A stretch of DNA of 64,000 bases from Anthoceros angustus (taxonomy: Eukaryota; Plantae; Anthocerotophyta): NCBI GenBank assembly GCA_010909165.1, contig MU008152.1:572689-636688 (forward strand), written 5' to 3'. The notes under the pieces were generated by a model. That model ran no database searches. It saw only the letters and a list, made by a program, of their open reading frames with translations, and was not told the origin of the DNA. Of the stretch, positions 9,890 through 24,000 are shown one piece after another. The position numbers were made by a program, and so were the translations under genes. Every line of letters starts with the position of its first letter. Position 1 is the first letter of the stretch.

Positions 9890-12800
9890 CGCTCATAAAC
9901 ATCCTGTGTAAAGTACTTCTTGATCTTCCACCCATTCACTCTGGTAGGAAGTAGTTCCCCGATCTTCCAAGCGCATTTTCATAGTACAACCCGCATAGGC
10001 CCCATCCATCTCGGCGTAGCTTCCGGAAAATCTAAATACCTACTATCGTAAAGGAGCACCAAGTCTCCCGCTACTCGGTCTGGTGAAGCCTCCCATCGTG
10101 CCTCTCCTTCCTCTGTTCTGTACTGTGTCTCCTCTAAGGCATCGTCCTAGTTTCCTCATGCCTATAAATTCTTCCAACTGGCTTGTTCACTATCTTCCAC
10201 CGTCATTCGCTCATCTTCCATAATTCTATCGTTGGTACCTCAAATTCGGGCATTACGGGTGACATACCGTATGTCGAGATAATCTGATGTCTTCTTGTGG
10301 TCACCTTCTCCATGATCCACGAAAGCCCATAGCAGTGTAGCTTGGTATCGATCATACATATGGGAGATCACTTTGTCAAAATGTTGCATAGTAACCCATT
10401 TGTCTTCTCCGTGAGTCCGTTGGCTTTCGGGTTGTAAGGCGTAGTCTTCTGTCGAATGTTGAAATAAGCGATCACGGACTCGATTATCTTTGTTGAAATC
10501 GTCCCTCGATCGCTAACAAGTTCCGGTGGGCATCCATACCTTGTGATAATCCGTTCAAACAAAAACTTGGCGGCGGTGGGCGCATCATCCTTCCTTCCGC
10601 CTCGACCATCTTTGTGCGATGTCATGCAACGAATGTCTTGTCGCTGGTCCGGTGGTGGTCGAATAGGTCCCACAAAATCAATTCCCCATTTTCAAAAGGT
10701 GCGGTGGTAGGATGTCGTTAGAGGCCTTGGTCGTGGGCCTCCCGTTCGTGACAAGCATCACAACTCGATGAATAACCATACATCTCGATACATTGTATCC
10801 CACCAAAACCGGTTAGAATCTTCTTTGTTGTGATTGTGGCGGAATAGTGTCCTCCTGCTTCCTCGTGTGCAAGGCTTCTATCACCATGGCTTTCTCATCC
10901 CCTCAAACATCTTGAATCACCTCATCATTTAATTTGTACAATACTCCCTTTGATGCAATATGGTGCCGCCTGTATGAATACGAACTCCTTCCTTTGATAA
11001 ATCCACCGCAACTCCCCATGCTCTAAATACCTCGACCTCGGCGTTGATGAGTGTCGGACACGCACGCCCTCCACTTCTTCTTACAGTGCGGGGTTTACGT
11101 CGCGGGTTGCGTAGTCCTTGGTCCTGTGACGTCCCCCTCCGGTTCTCAGTCTGCTCGCGATATCCGGAGGAGTCCCCGAGCTCCGCCGTTTTCTCAGTCC
11201 GTCCTTCCTGCAGTGCCTCCTGCCGTCTTTCGATCATGCTTTCGGCCACGGCTACCAACTCCTCATCTGGGAACTTATCGTTCGGTGGTGGCCTTCCTTC
11301 ATTCGTAGTCGAGAAATGAAGTCGGCGTTCACATGTTGCTTCCCCGTGTTTCCACCTCATAATCGAATTCACGTATGCCATCCGCGATTCGTCCGGATAG
11401 ATCGGGTTTGTTTACCAAGTACTTCAATGCGAAATGGTCCACATGGAACACAACTTTGCAAGCCGAGATAGTGTCGAAATTTCTTGCGAGAATAGATGAT
11501 GCCAAGAGCTTCTCTTTCGATCGTGGAGTAGTTCCGTTACGCATCCGAAAGTTGGCGTGCATAGAAGATCGGCCTATCATGCTTCTTTCCATCACGTTGA
11601 CTCGGGATGGCCCCTATGGCATGTGATACATCCACAAAGACATGAAAAGGTTCTTCCCGGTTGGGGGTTGCAATCGGTGCCCCGCCAAGCTCTTTTCAAA
11701 CTTAGCGCTTCACGCTCGGTCCATCAAAAGGAACATCTTTCTTGATGGTTGCGTGAGAGGTGCGCCTTCTTTGCAAAATCAATGATGAATCTCTGTAGTA
11801 TCCCACAAGCGATGAAGGCTCGAACTTGCCTTACCGTTTCCGGAGCATCCATCTCTGTGATGACTACGACCTTTTCCCTATCCACCTCCAAACCTCGCTT
11901 CGAAACACGATGTGCCAGCAGTGATTCCTTCTATCATTCCGAAATAACATTTGCTTGGGTGCAACTTCAAATTGGTTTCTCTACACATAACCTTTGGCGA
12001 AGATGTCCCAAGTGCTGCTTCTCTTCCCAAACACACAAAAGTCATCCGAAATACTTCCATGAATTTCCTCGGTACTCTCGGAAAATGGTATTCACTACTC
12101 TGAAGGTGGCGGGGCATTGCAAAGACCAAAGGGTAATTTGGCATATGCAAACGTCCCCAATCGATGGTAGCGTTGTTTTGTCTGATCTTCCTTTCTCGAG
12201 TGATCGATTGTATCCACGAATACCCGTCTAAGCTGTACATCTCATGCCTGCGGGTGTCCAATACACTATCCATAAGCGGCAAGGGTGATGGTCTTTCTTA
12301 GTTGCCTCATTCAACTTCACGAAATCTGACCCGAACTTTCCCTGTTGCTTCTTAGGCACAATCACAATCGGTGCCACCCATTCGCTTAGTCTGGGATAGA
12401 TTACTCCGCCTCCGAATCTTGATCCAATTGCTCCTTCACCACTAGAGAATACTTTGGATTGAGTCGTCTTGCTTGATCCTCACGTCGCTCCTTCCTTCAA
12501 GTCGATTCGGTGCACTCCCAACTCCTCAGTATCGGTCATTTCGGTTACCTTGAGCGAAACAATCTATGTATTCCAACAACGGTGATGGAGTTGTTTCTTC
12601 TCTTTGTTCGCGATGCTCGCATACCATGACTTTCTTCCGGGGCCAGCTCCATTTCCTCTAAGGCTCGGATCCCTTTGGTCCGTCCGGACAACTTCCTAGT
12701 GCGTTCCTTCATCCGGAAAATCTTCATTGTCGGCTTTCTTATCCAAGGATGCTTTCTCCGTCCCTTCTCCATTGTACTCGATTCTTCTTCTATCTCGACT

Positions 12801-15800
12801 TGGAAGCGTCAACAAGCGGGACAATACGTTTGATCATCGATCGAAGAATTTTCCTCTCCTCTGTCTCCTCCCCAACCTCGGAGGTGTACTCCTCGGTGAG
12901 GGATTAGTTTCCCCTTCATAGGTTTCCTTGCTCCACTCACGAGGCATGAGCCAGCGGCATGCCCTTGAGCGATCTGAAATTTTCCTTCTTCCCCAATCAA
13001 GGCTTTTCTGCCGTATAGCCATGGCCTCCCTATCAACACTTGATACCCCGGTCGGGTGGTCGCATGACCACATAAGTCAAAGGAAAACAATGCCTCCAAT
13101 GTTAGTGGGTACCCGATACAGTCGCCGCGTCGATCCGCCATTCGAAGAATGGTGCGTGTCCTCGAACTTGGTGTATCCTAGTTTGCTGGCCGTTTCTTCC
13201 ATCATCAGTTAACACGAGCCGGAGTCGATGGTACCGCCTTATCAAGCATCCGTTCACTTGACCGATATTTCACGGCACCCAAATCCATGAGTTCCACAAC
13301 TCGTACATCCGTAGTCGTTTACGGTTTTACGTATGAGTCCCTTTCATCGCTTCTCGCATCATCGTCGATACTTGGGGTTGTCGGACAAGAGTTGTCGAAA
13401 TGTCACAAGGAATTCTTGATCCAGCAGATTGCCGGTGACCTTCTCGGTGAGAGGGTCTTCTTTTCCTCAGCCGATTACTTCTTCTTGGTAACCCTCCATC
13501 TTTTGTCATCACTCCTCTGGACCCATGGTTTCTGGGGGTGCATGTTTCTTCGCCTGCTGAGTGAGTTTCCGTAATTCGGCATCGAGCATGCCTGCCACCT
13601 CCTGGCTGATGTCAGGTGCAAATTCGAAGCCTTTGGACCGCCCTCCCTCAGCGGCCCCGGTCTCGTGGCCGTTTCTTCATCTCTCGATGTCGCTTCCTCT
13701 GGCATTCTTCTTTTCTTTCGCTCGGATTCCGCCCATCTCCGCCGAACTTCCAATTTCCGAGCATTCCCCTTGTCGTCGAGGTGTCGTCCCTCCTTCCGTC
13801 TTGACCGAGTGGCGACGCGTGCGACCAACTCGTCTTCTCCGGAGATATACCCGGAGTCCTCTTCCTGTACTTCCAACCATTCGCCTTCTTGCTCCTCTCC
13901 CCAGCGTTCGCGTCTTCTACTTCCACTGTCTAGGGGTGGGCACGAGAGGCATCTGGGTTTGGTGGAATCTCCTCTGTCACCCGGGTTAGCGAATCGTACC
14001 CCTGGCCTGGCGAGAATGGTCTTGGGCCCCGTACATCTTGCATCTCCCGCTATATGACTGGCGCCTTGCAGACTGTGAAGAGTGTACCCAATCATGGTTA
14101 CGGACATGCATTCGCATAATGATCAGGCGCCACGTTGTAGCAATGGCGATACATTGGGGTCGAGAGGATTCCGCCATTGATTCGCGATTTTGCCTTGGAC
14201 CATACCTCATCCCTTTGGGTGATGGGTTGATAGGTGGCTCTCATGGATTGAGGCGGTCGAGCTCTGTCACGCATCGATACACCTCCTCTCACGAATAGTA
14301 TGGGTCTAGATCGTACTCCACCGATTGACCCATCGTGTCTTGAGACGGCATTCACGTGCGTATGGCTGGTGATGACAATTGCTACAAAAGACTTGCGCCG
14401 TAGGGAAGGAGATCGTCGCGTCGGTCGATTCTTGACTAATTTGATCTCGATGTCACTTCCTCTTGCCACTCGCTTTCTTCCTCTTGCCACTCGCTTTCTT
14501 CTTCTTGGTGGCGACCTTCCATTCGTTTCCCTTTTCCCTTCTCTGAAACCTTCGTGGCGTTTCTCTTGTCTCTCTCCTTCTTCTTCAGCAAATGTTCCAA
14601 GTCTTTTTTCACTCGCTTATGATGTGCTTCTTCCGATTCGCTATCATCCGTCCCAGATGTTGAATTCTCTTCAGATGATGATGGTTCCGACTGAGTGTCT
14701 TCGGACGTCGATTCTTCTGACGAACTTGAAGACTGATGTCTCTTTCCTTTCTTCCTCTTGCCACTCGCTTTCTTCCGTCTTCTCCTCCCCAGTAGAGCGG
14801 CCTCCCATGCTTCGGCTGCTCGAATGCCTTCCTCCAAGGTATCATTGCCCCTGCGGCAGTGAATCTCCATCTTTCGTGGTAGTCCAGACGAACCAATCCA
14901 ACGCTTGTTCTTCCGAATCGCTTGTGATTCTCCTCCGTGTTGTCCACTCGGAGGTATCTTCTCCAGCGTAAAACCGTTCCACATAATCGAGCAAGGATTC
15001 TTTCTTCTTTCGGAGTCACGAAGTTTTGTTACATGGGTAGTGTGGCTCAAACCAGCGAATAAGGAAATCAGCTCGCAACAGCCAAGCGGTGGGTGGGGTA
15101 GAGAACTTCGGCATACCATTGTTGCGCGGTCCTGTGATCTGGAAAAATTCGTACCCGATCTGTCGAGGAATCCTCGATGTTAGCCCTCGAGATGGATTCG
15201 AAAAGTTTTACAAAACTTTCGGCATCGATGTCGTCCTCCTTCTTGGATCCAAATTTGGGATACGGCTGCCTTGTGTGCGGGTGATGAGGGCTTGCTCCTC
15301 CTGTACTGGTTCCTCCCGCTCCACTCATGGCTATGGGTAAAGGTGTCAGTACTGTCGAGAACCGGGTCGTCACCTGCCTGAGTAAGTGAGAAACTCGGGC
15401 AGCTCTTGCTCGTGGGTTGTGGACTTGGTTGTGTCTTCGCTCTGATCCCACAATTCTTGCTTCTTCTCTTGCCACTCGCTTTCTTCCTCAAGCTTCCGCT
15501 CGAGCCAAATGATCGAGATATCGTCGATTGTAAGTGTCCCAATCCCTTGCTCCCTGTTGGTCGGCGATCAACGCCGCCCGTATGGCTGCCTCCCGAGCCC
15601 TCTCGGTAACAAACTCAGCGTGTCGCTCGTTGACTCCCCTCCGGAGATGATCTCTGTCAAACAAGGCGTTTTCTTCGTCAGGCTCTGAGTCCGAAAAATC
15701 TTCTAAGGTGTCAGCGTCAGAAGAGGATGCAGGTGCGTTTCGGACGGGTGGTAATGGCAGGACCACCCCTACTTCCCCTTCAGAGTCCTTCACACCGTTC

Positions 15801-16040
15801 GTGGGTGATACTAACTCCACGGTCGTGACTTCTCGAAGGGTTCGCAAAGAAATGAGCTCGGCCTCCGTTACTGGTTCCGCTCTGTCTTCTTGATGTTCCA
15901 AAGTACCACGGCTCCCCGTCCGTGGAGTAGGCGCTGTCGGACCTTTCTCCGCAAAACAATCGAGACAACCTAGCGTGGTGGTCGTTGTTGCGTACTTTCT
16001 TCCTCGGTGAGCTTGCCCGCTGACCGCTTACCTCCACTCT
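9890..16040 (-). pseudogene. gag-pol, copy 1 (frameshifted)
   Basis: Gag PYPKFGSKKEDDIDAESFVKLFESIS; zinc knuckle CYN..PDHYANACP (~14100-14150); protease IDSGS (~13220); RT PLMDSVLD / LPFGLCNAPATF / F.DDF (~12050); RNase H FHVDHFALKYLVNKPDLSGRIA; integrase KWGIDFVGPI...RYGCPPELVSDRG and GDLVLLYDSR..F...RWMGP. Confidence 0.93.
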
Positions 16041-16193
16041 AGCCGCGATGGCTCGGCTAACCTCTCGGGATTGCCTCTATCCGTCGATACTCATCCCTTC
16101 CGCCGCCCTTTCACGAGTTGAAAGGGGATGATTCGCAATGCCCGTTTACTCCCTCTGTCATCATTCACTCACACACAATCCTCAAGCGGCAAA

Positions 16194-16207
16194 TCCCGAC
16201 AGCGCCA
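16194..16207 (-). promoter_or_regulatory. Primer-binding site (TGGCGCTGTCGGGA; tRNA-Asp-like, Athila-type)
   Basis: Lies 4 nt (TTTT) after the LTR end CCACA and begins TGG; resembles the Athila PBS TGGCGCCGTTGCCGGG. Confidence 0.75.
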
Positions 16208-16881
16208 AAAATGTGGTAGGTTTGCCTCGGTCACCCCGAGCTCGCCTCGGTGGCCACACTTATCCCACTCGTTGAATACGAGGTTCGATCCCAAGAGATT
16301 TGGTTCGGATTGTTTGCAGTCGTTCCTCTCACTCTCTCACTCTCGTCATTCCGCCTTGTCTACTTGTCCTCGATGTGGGCAACAAAGCGGTGTTATGCGT
16401 TTTTTTGGGTTATCTGGCGCGCTCCACGCCTTCGATTCCCTCCACCTCAACACTCTCTCCGCCAACTACAACGATCAATTCACTCTACAACGACACACCC
16501 ATAGCCAACCTCTTCACCATTCTCAAAAGAAACATAGCTCACGGACCACCACATACTCACTTCATTCGATCCCCAAATCTAACTCTACCATAGCGTTCGC
16601 GGTTTCGCCTCCCTTGCGGCTGGCACAGGGTGACTAGGGTATTTCTCTCGGGCGATTGCACGAACACGGCGCGGCGTAGTCGGCGCCGATCCTGCAGGGC
16701 CACCCAGAAACACAAAGCACATCCAACAACAATCTTTCACGAGAGGAGCTGCGTTGGCGAACCCACCGCGAGGGCCTCGAGAACCCCACCCTTCGCCTTC
16801 TCGTCGCTTGGCGGGCGGTCAGCACACACACAAAGGGATGCGGAGGCGAAGAATGCATGACAAAGCAAGGTCGGTGTTTAT

Positions 16882-19800
16882 TCATTCTTCCACCCTCCCT
16901 TTTATAGGTGGGGAGTCGAGCCACTCGTGCTAGTTTAATGCTAGGCGACTTGCCAAGTCCAACAATAGGACTCTTGTCGGCCTTCTTCCCTTGTAATGCT
17001 CCTTCCGCTACCCTCACCTTGACCGAATATCCTATCTGTCTATCGCCACTCTTAAATACTCACACTTCCCAAGGTGTGCACCACTTGGGACAAAACGTCC
17101 TCTTGAAAAGGTCTCTGACATCCTCGTTCTGCTTTTGTTAGCCCTCGCTTCAATGTCTTCCCTTGATGGGTCGCTTAGCCTTGCCCACCTCCGAGTCTTC
17201 TCGGGACTATGCACAGTAGCACGCCTCGTCGGCCCCCGGTGGTAGGTCTTGTGGTAGGAGGTTCCATTCCTCCTACTCGTTCATCCTCGATGGGTTCCTC
17301 CCTCAGTTCTCGTCTTCTTGGTAGGCGGTTCGTCTCCTACCTCTGTTTGGATCTTGCTATGGGGTACCTTCCTCCACGGCTGGTTTCGTGACCGGAGGTA
17401 CCCTTCCTTGGTCACCTCCTCCTCTTCAGCAGTTCCTACGAGTAGGAACTTTGGTAGGTACCATCCTACCATCGGTCTCTTCCTCCCGCTTGATAGCTCC
17501 ACCGTCTCGGAGGTTCTCTGGCGTCGCCGTAGGTGCTTCTTGACTCGCTCGCTCGGCTATGTCCGACTGCTTTCCTTGTACCAACTCAAAGTTTGACCTC
17601 GGTTTTCATTCCACTTCCTCCTTCCTCCGTAGGAGGTGCTTCTATGGCCTTCTTCGTCTTCCTCACCGTAGCGTTCCTCAATCGCTTCTAGGAGGTTGTT
17701 GTAGTAGGTCGCCACCCTACCACTCTCCTTCTTTTGTCGTCCATGATGCGGACCCTTAGTGGGATGGCCTTTTCGTCCGGCACGATTTGTCACTCCTACC
17801 AATGCGGCCTCTTTCTCCACTACCGCTCTCCAACTCCGAAAGCCTCCCAATCTCCTTATCTTTCTCCATGGCTTCCATCGCCATGCGTTTCACTATGGTC
17901 GCTCTACTTTGCTCCTCGAATGACCAAGACCCTCCAAAGATCGTTGGGCCATCAAAACTTCCTTCCGCGGTTCCTTGCCTCCGTTTCATAGGCGTGGGTA
18001 AGGTCGTCGGCCTTCTTCGTTCTTTGCTCCAAAAGTTCTCTCGTGTCTGAGCTCCTCTTTGTGACCCTTAGTCACATTGTCCCATCCTTGTCGTTCCTTC
18101 ACCAAGCGCCGTATTTTCCCTTGTAATGCTCCTTCCGTTGCTCCATGGTTCTTCTTCGTAGGAGGTCCTTCGTCTTCAAGGTCCCGGGGCCTTGCTAGGG
18201 TAGCTTCCAACTTTCGCCTCCTCCTTGCTGCGTTCGATGTGTCCTACCCTTGCTAGGGTAGCTTCCAACTTTCGCCTCCTTCTGGCGGTTTCCAACTCCT
18301 CCTCTTGGCTGATTTTGCCTCTGTCCTAAGACACAGTCAATCATTTCCCACATTCACCAACTTGGTGGTCATCTGTCGCTCTTTGGCGGATCTAGCACGG
18401 AGTGTTGCTTCTCGGAGGTGGTTTTGAGCTCCTCTCAATTTCTTCTCGGCATCCTCCGGCTCCTTTTCGTAGGTCTCGAGTTCGGCCACGAACTTGGTCA
18501 CCTCCGACACGGTCCACTAGGGCGTCCATAGATCCTGCGCCCACTTCCTCCTCCTCCCTCTTGGCTGATTTTGCCTCCTCCTCCTCCTCCTCCTCCTCCT
18601 GGTGCGTAGGTCACCAACGCCTCGGCGTTCTTCTCTCACTGCCTCAAGTCTTGTTACTACTTCTTGGTGGTCACCTCCTCCTTCCTCCTTCCTCCGTAGG
18701 AGGTCCTTCTTCGTAGGAGGTTGTTGTAGTAGGTCGCCACCCTACCACGGTGTTGTCGGCCTTCCAATCCTCAACCCTCGGTAGGTGGTCTCGTATCCTT
18801 TCCTCCTTCCTCCGTAGGAGGTGCTTCTATGGCCTTCTTCCCTTTCTCTTGTTGGGTTCCCGATCACGAGGCCTCATGTTGGTTCGCGGGCGTGGCGGTC
18901 TCTTGCCCGGGGCCTCTGTCTCTTCATCCTGGGGCGATGGCTCTCCTTCCGCTACCCTCACGAGTAGCTTCTATCTTGGCTTCTTCCAGCTCTCGTGTAA
19001 GAACCTCCTCCCTCGATATAGGTGTACGAGGAAGGTAGAGACAAAGCGATTCTTGCTCCCTCCATCACCAAATGGTTTTATGCAACCCTTTGTTCATACT
19101 GAATGGTGGCCCAATCCACCAACTTCCCAGACATCTCATACATCATCATTAAATGGGAATTTCCAGTCGTCTTCCTCGCGCCGCGTTAGTCCAGCCATAT
19201 CTTGGCGAATAAATTCCACTTCCGCTCCTTGAACAAAGAGATCCTCCAGCCATTGCCTTGCGACCATACTTCCTCCTTTGGTCGTAGGAACATGCTCATA
19301 ACCTCCTCGGGATCGATTCTTGGAGGCTGAAGCGAATGATCCCTCCCTTGTGGGCTTCCGGTATCAAATCGTATCCACGGAAATGCCGTACCTTCCACAT
19401 CCCGGGATGACTTGATTGTCGCATCCTCCAGGGCGGCCGTCGCCTTGGTCACTCTCATTCGTCGCGCACACTCCACAGACAAGGCGGCTGAAAGTGCCAC
19501 CGGTACCAAATCAGCCATTCCATCTTCATCTCGGGCGTGGCTCAGGCGCCTCAAATCTCGAGGTGAAATTTGGGCGGCCTACACTCGAACTCGGGGTGGG
19601 TGTTTCTTACCTTTTCCCTTTGTGGGCGGTGTGGCGGAGGTTTCCTCCCGTGGGAGTACCCCGTTCCCGTCCTCACTATCTTTACCATCCGCAGGGGGAG
19701 CACACACAAGGATAGCAAAATTGGAGAGATTGGAGTAATCTATCGGCTAAGAGAGTGGAGAGCAAAGAGGTGGTGGTTTGGGTGAGGCATGACAGGGGAG

Positions 19801-20262
19801 ACCCGCGCTCCTCGGCCTCGCCTCAACGCAACCACTAAGAGGTGGCCTTGGCCCCTTCAATCTCCCTCCAGAACTTCTCCACCTTGCTCGCCTTTTGGCG
19901 TCTAGCCTGCTCACCCCTCGGCGCCTCTACAATCGCCTCCGCTCGAGCACCTCCACTCGCGCGCCTTGGATCCCCTCCGAACTCCTTCCGAATCGCTCAT
20001 GCCCCGGCTAGCTCGCTGATGGCCGCCTCGCGCTCCTCGGCGTTCTTCTCCACCTTGCTCGCCTTGGTCACCTCCTCCTCCTTCCTCCTTCCTCCTTTGG
20101 TCGTAGGAACATGCTCATAACCTCCTCCTCCCTCGGCGCCTTGACTGCGGTTCGCTGAAGGCGCCCGTTCAAAACCACAGCTAACGAGTTGCGGTACATG
20201 CAACCGCCTTAATGGCGCTCCTCCCGATGGGCGCCGTGTCGGTTCAAAACTCCTGTAGCCAT
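16882..20262 (-). pseudogene. U3-encoded accessory ORF, copy 2
   Basis: Same peptides as copy 1, e.g. ORF 19186-19554 ...RIDPEEVMSMFLRPKEEVWSQGNGWRISLFKERKWNLFAKIW. Confidence 0.68.
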
Positions 20263-20328
20263 TTTCCATCTACAACTTAACTAGCCCTTTTGGCATATAT
20301 AGCCATGCAGAACCTAAATAATTGAAGG

Positions 20329-21039
20329 CCAAGGAACTTCCTATCCCGAATATTCCTACTCCCCATGGTCCAAGGAACTTCCTATCCCGAATATTCCTAC
20401 TCCCCATGGTCCAAGGAACTTCCTATCCCGAATATTCCTACTCCCCATGGTCCAAGGAACTTCCTATCCCGAATATTCCTACTCCCCATGGTCCAAGGAA
20501 CTTCCTATCCCGAATATTCCTACTCCCCATGGTCCAAGGAACTTCCTATCCCGAATATTCCTACTCCCCATGGTCCAAGGAACTTCCTATCCCGAATATT
20601 CCTACTCCCCATGGTCCAAGGAACTTCCTATCCCGAATATTCCTACTCCCCATGGTCCAAGGAACTTCCTATCCCGAATATTCCTACTCCCCATGGTCCA
20701 AGGAACTTCCTATCCCGAATATTCCTACTCCCCATGGTCCAAGGAACTTCCTATCCCGAATATTCCTACTCCCCATGGTCCAAGGAACTTCCTATCCCGA
20801 ATATTCCTACTCCCCATGGTCCAAGGAACTTCCTATCCCGAATATTCCTACTCCCCATGGTCCAAGGAACTTCCTATCCCGAATATTCCTACTCCCCATG
20901 GTCCAAGGAACTTCCTATCCCGAATATTCCTACTCCCCATGGTCCAAGGAACTTCCTATCCCGAATATTCCTACTCCCCATGGTCCAAGGAACTTCCTAT
21001 CCCGAATATTCCTACTCCCCATGGTCCAAGGAACTTCCT
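20329..21039. repeat. Perfect 41-bp tandem array, 17 copies plus a partial
   Basis: Unit ccaaggaacttcctatcccgaatattcctactccccatggt; 20329-21025 = 17 x 41 bp. The other two LTRs carry a single unit. Confidence 0.97.
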
Positions 21040-21071
21040 CCTTCCTCCTTCCTTGGGTGACCAAAATTCTT

Positions 21072-24000
21072 CCAACCAACTTGTTCACTATCTTCCACCG
21101 TCATTCGCTCATCTTCCATAATTCTATCGTTGGTACCTCAAATTCGGGCATTACGGGTGACATAGTATATCGAGATAATCTGATGTCTTCTTGTGGTCAC
21201 CTTCTCCATGATCTGAAAGCCCATAGCAGTGTAGCTTGGTATCCCCAGTCATACATATGAGGCACTTTTATCAAAATGTTGCATAGTAACCCATTTGTCT
21301 TCTCCGTGAGTCCGTTGGCTTCGGGTTGTAAGGCGTAGTCTTCTGTCGAATGTTGAAATAAGCGATCCACAGACTCGATTATCTTTGTTGAAATCGTCCC
21401 TCGATCGCTAACAAGTTCCGGTGGGCATCCATACCTTGTGATAATCCGTTCAAACAAAAACTTGGCGGCGGTGGGCGCATCATCCTTCCTGTCTGCCTCG
21501 ACCATCTTTGTGCGATGTCTGCAGCACTGTATCCGTCGGTTGGTGGTCGAATAGGTCCCACAAAATCAATTCCCCATTTTCAAAAGGTGCGGTGGTAGGA
21601 TGTCGTTAGAGAAGGGTCGTCGGCGTGGGCCTCCCGTTCGTGACAAGCATCACAACTCGATGAATAACCATACATCTCTATACATGTATCACCAAAACCT
21701 CGGTTAGAATCTTCTTTGTTGTGATTGTGGCGGAATAGTGTCCTCCTGCTTCCTCGTGTGTGCAAGGCTTCTATCACCATGGCTTTCTCATCCCCTCAAA
21801 CATCTTGAATCACCTCATCCCCAATTTGTACAATACTCCCTTGCGATGCAATATGGTGCCATACATGTATGAATAACTCCTTCCTTGATAATCCACGGCA
21901 ACTCCCCATGCTCTAAATACCTCGACCTCGGCGTTGATGAGTGTCGGACACGCCGCCCCTCACTGCTTCTCTTACGGTCACGGGGTTTACGTCGCGTTGC
22001 GTAGTCCTTGGTCTGTGGCGTCCCCTCCGGTTCTCGATCTCGCGATATCCGGAGAGTCCCAGCTCGCCGTTTCTCGATCCGTCCTTCTGCGGTGCCTCCC
22101 GCGTCTTTCGATCATGCTTTCGTACGGCTACCAACTCCTCATCCGGGAACTTATCGTTCGGTGGTGACGCTTCCCTTCATTCGTGGTAGAAATGAAGTCG
22201 TTCACATGTTGCTTCAGCCCGTGTTTCCACCTCATAATAATTCCAGAATGCTTGATCCATCCGCGATTCGTCCGGATAGATCGGGTTTGTTCACCAAGTA
22301 CTTCAATGCGAAATGGTCCACATGGAACACAACTTTGCAAGCCGAGATAGTGTCGAAATTTCTTGCGAGAATAGATGATGCCAAGCTTCTCTTTCGATCG
22401 TGGAGTAGTTCCGTTACGCATCCGAAAGTTGGCGTCTGCATAGAAGATCGGCCTATCATGCTTCTTTCCATCACGTTGACTCGGGATGGCCCCTATGGCA
22501 TAGTGATACATCCACAAAGACATGAAAAGGTTCTTCCCGGTTGGGGGTTGCAACATCGGTGCCCCAAGCTCTTTTCAAACTTAGGGCGCTTCACCGGCCG
22601 TCCTCAAAAGGAACATCTTTCTTGAGTTGCGTGAGAGGTCGCCTTCTTTGCAAAATCAATGATGAATCTCTGTAGTATCCCACTAAGCCGATGAAGGCTC
22701 GAACTTGCCTTACCGTTTGGAGCATCCATCTCGTGATGACTACGACCTTTTCCTATCCACCTCAAACCTCGCTTGAAACACGATGTGCAGGATTCCTTGT
22801 CATTCGAAATAACATTTGCTTGGGTGCAACTTCAAATTGGTTTCTCTACATACGTAAACCTTTTGGCGAAGATGTCCCAAGTCGCTTCTCTTCCCAAACA
22901 CACAAAAGTCATCCGAAATACTTCCATGAATTTCCTCGGTACTCTCGGAAAATGGTATTCACTACTCTACGAAGGTGGCGGGGCATTGCAAAGACCAAAG
23001 GGTAATTTGGCATATGCGTCCCCAATCGATGGTAACGTTGTTTTGTCTGATCTTCCTTTCTCGAGTGATCGATTGTATCCACGAATACCCGTCTAAGCAC
23101 ATCTCATGCCTGCGACCGTGTCCAATACACTATCCATAAGCGGCAAGGGTGATGGTCTTTCTTAGTTGCCTCATTCAACTTCACGAAATCTGAGACCGAA
23201 CTTTCCCTGCTTCTTAGGCACAATCACAATCGGTGCCACCCATTCGCTTGTGTACGGATAGATTACTCCGCCTCCGGAATCTTGATCCAATTGCTCCTTC
23301 ACCACTAGAATACTTTGGATTGAGTCGACATGCTTGATCCTCACGGGTCGCTCCTTCCTTCAAGTCGATTCGGTGCACTCCCAACTCCTCGGTATCGGTC
23401 ATTTCGGTTACCTTGAGCGCGAAACAATCTATGTATTCCAACAACTGATGGAGTTGTTTCTTCTCTTTGTTCGCGGATGCACATACCATGACTTCTTCCG
23501 AGGGGCCAGCTCCATTTCCTCTAAGGCTCGGATCCTTTGGTCCGTCCGGACAACTTCCGTAATGCGTTCCTTCATCCGGAAAATCTTCATTGTCGGCTTT
23601 CTTTATCCAAGGATGCTTCTCCGTCCCTTCTCCATTGTACTCGATTCTTCTTCTATCTCGACTTGGAAGCGTCAACAAGCAGCAGGACAATACGTTTGAT
23701 CATCGATCGAAGAATTTTCCTTGCTCCTCGTCTTCTCCTCCCCAACCTCGGAGGTGTACTCCTCGGTGAGGATTCCGTTTCCCCTTCATAGGTTTCCTTG
23801 CTCCGGCTCACGAGGCATGAGCCAGCGGCATGCCCTTGAGCGATCTGAAAGTAATTTCCTTCTTCCCAATCAAGCGGCTTTCTTGCCGTATAGCCATGGC
23901 CTCCCTATCAACACTTGATACCCCGGGTCGGACTGGTCGCATGACCACATAAGTCAAAGGAAAACAATGCCTCCAATGTTAGTGGGTATCGCAAGTACCC

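Larger units (their letters stand above)
16212..21071 (-). repeat. Central shared LTR (5' end damaged; contains a 41-bp array)
   Basis: Colinear with the other LTRs, but lacks the terminal CGTTCCACA and the adjacent PPT. Confidence 0.88.

Noticed and set aside
9880-10080. Chromodomain at the end of the first element's integrase
   Set aside because: Pol ends after the GPY/F-like region right at the PPT; no chromodomain motif is visible.
10930-11340. Additional (archaeal-type) RNase H, implying the Tat/Ogre lineage
   Set aside because: The RH-INT spacer is short and shows no second RNase H motifs.
20329-21039. CRISPR array, or the 224-312-aa repeat proteins in the ORF track
   Set aside because: Units are head-to-tail with no spacers, there are no cas genes, and the context is a eukaryotic LTR. 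The ORFs arise because the 41-bp unit has no stop in any plus frame.
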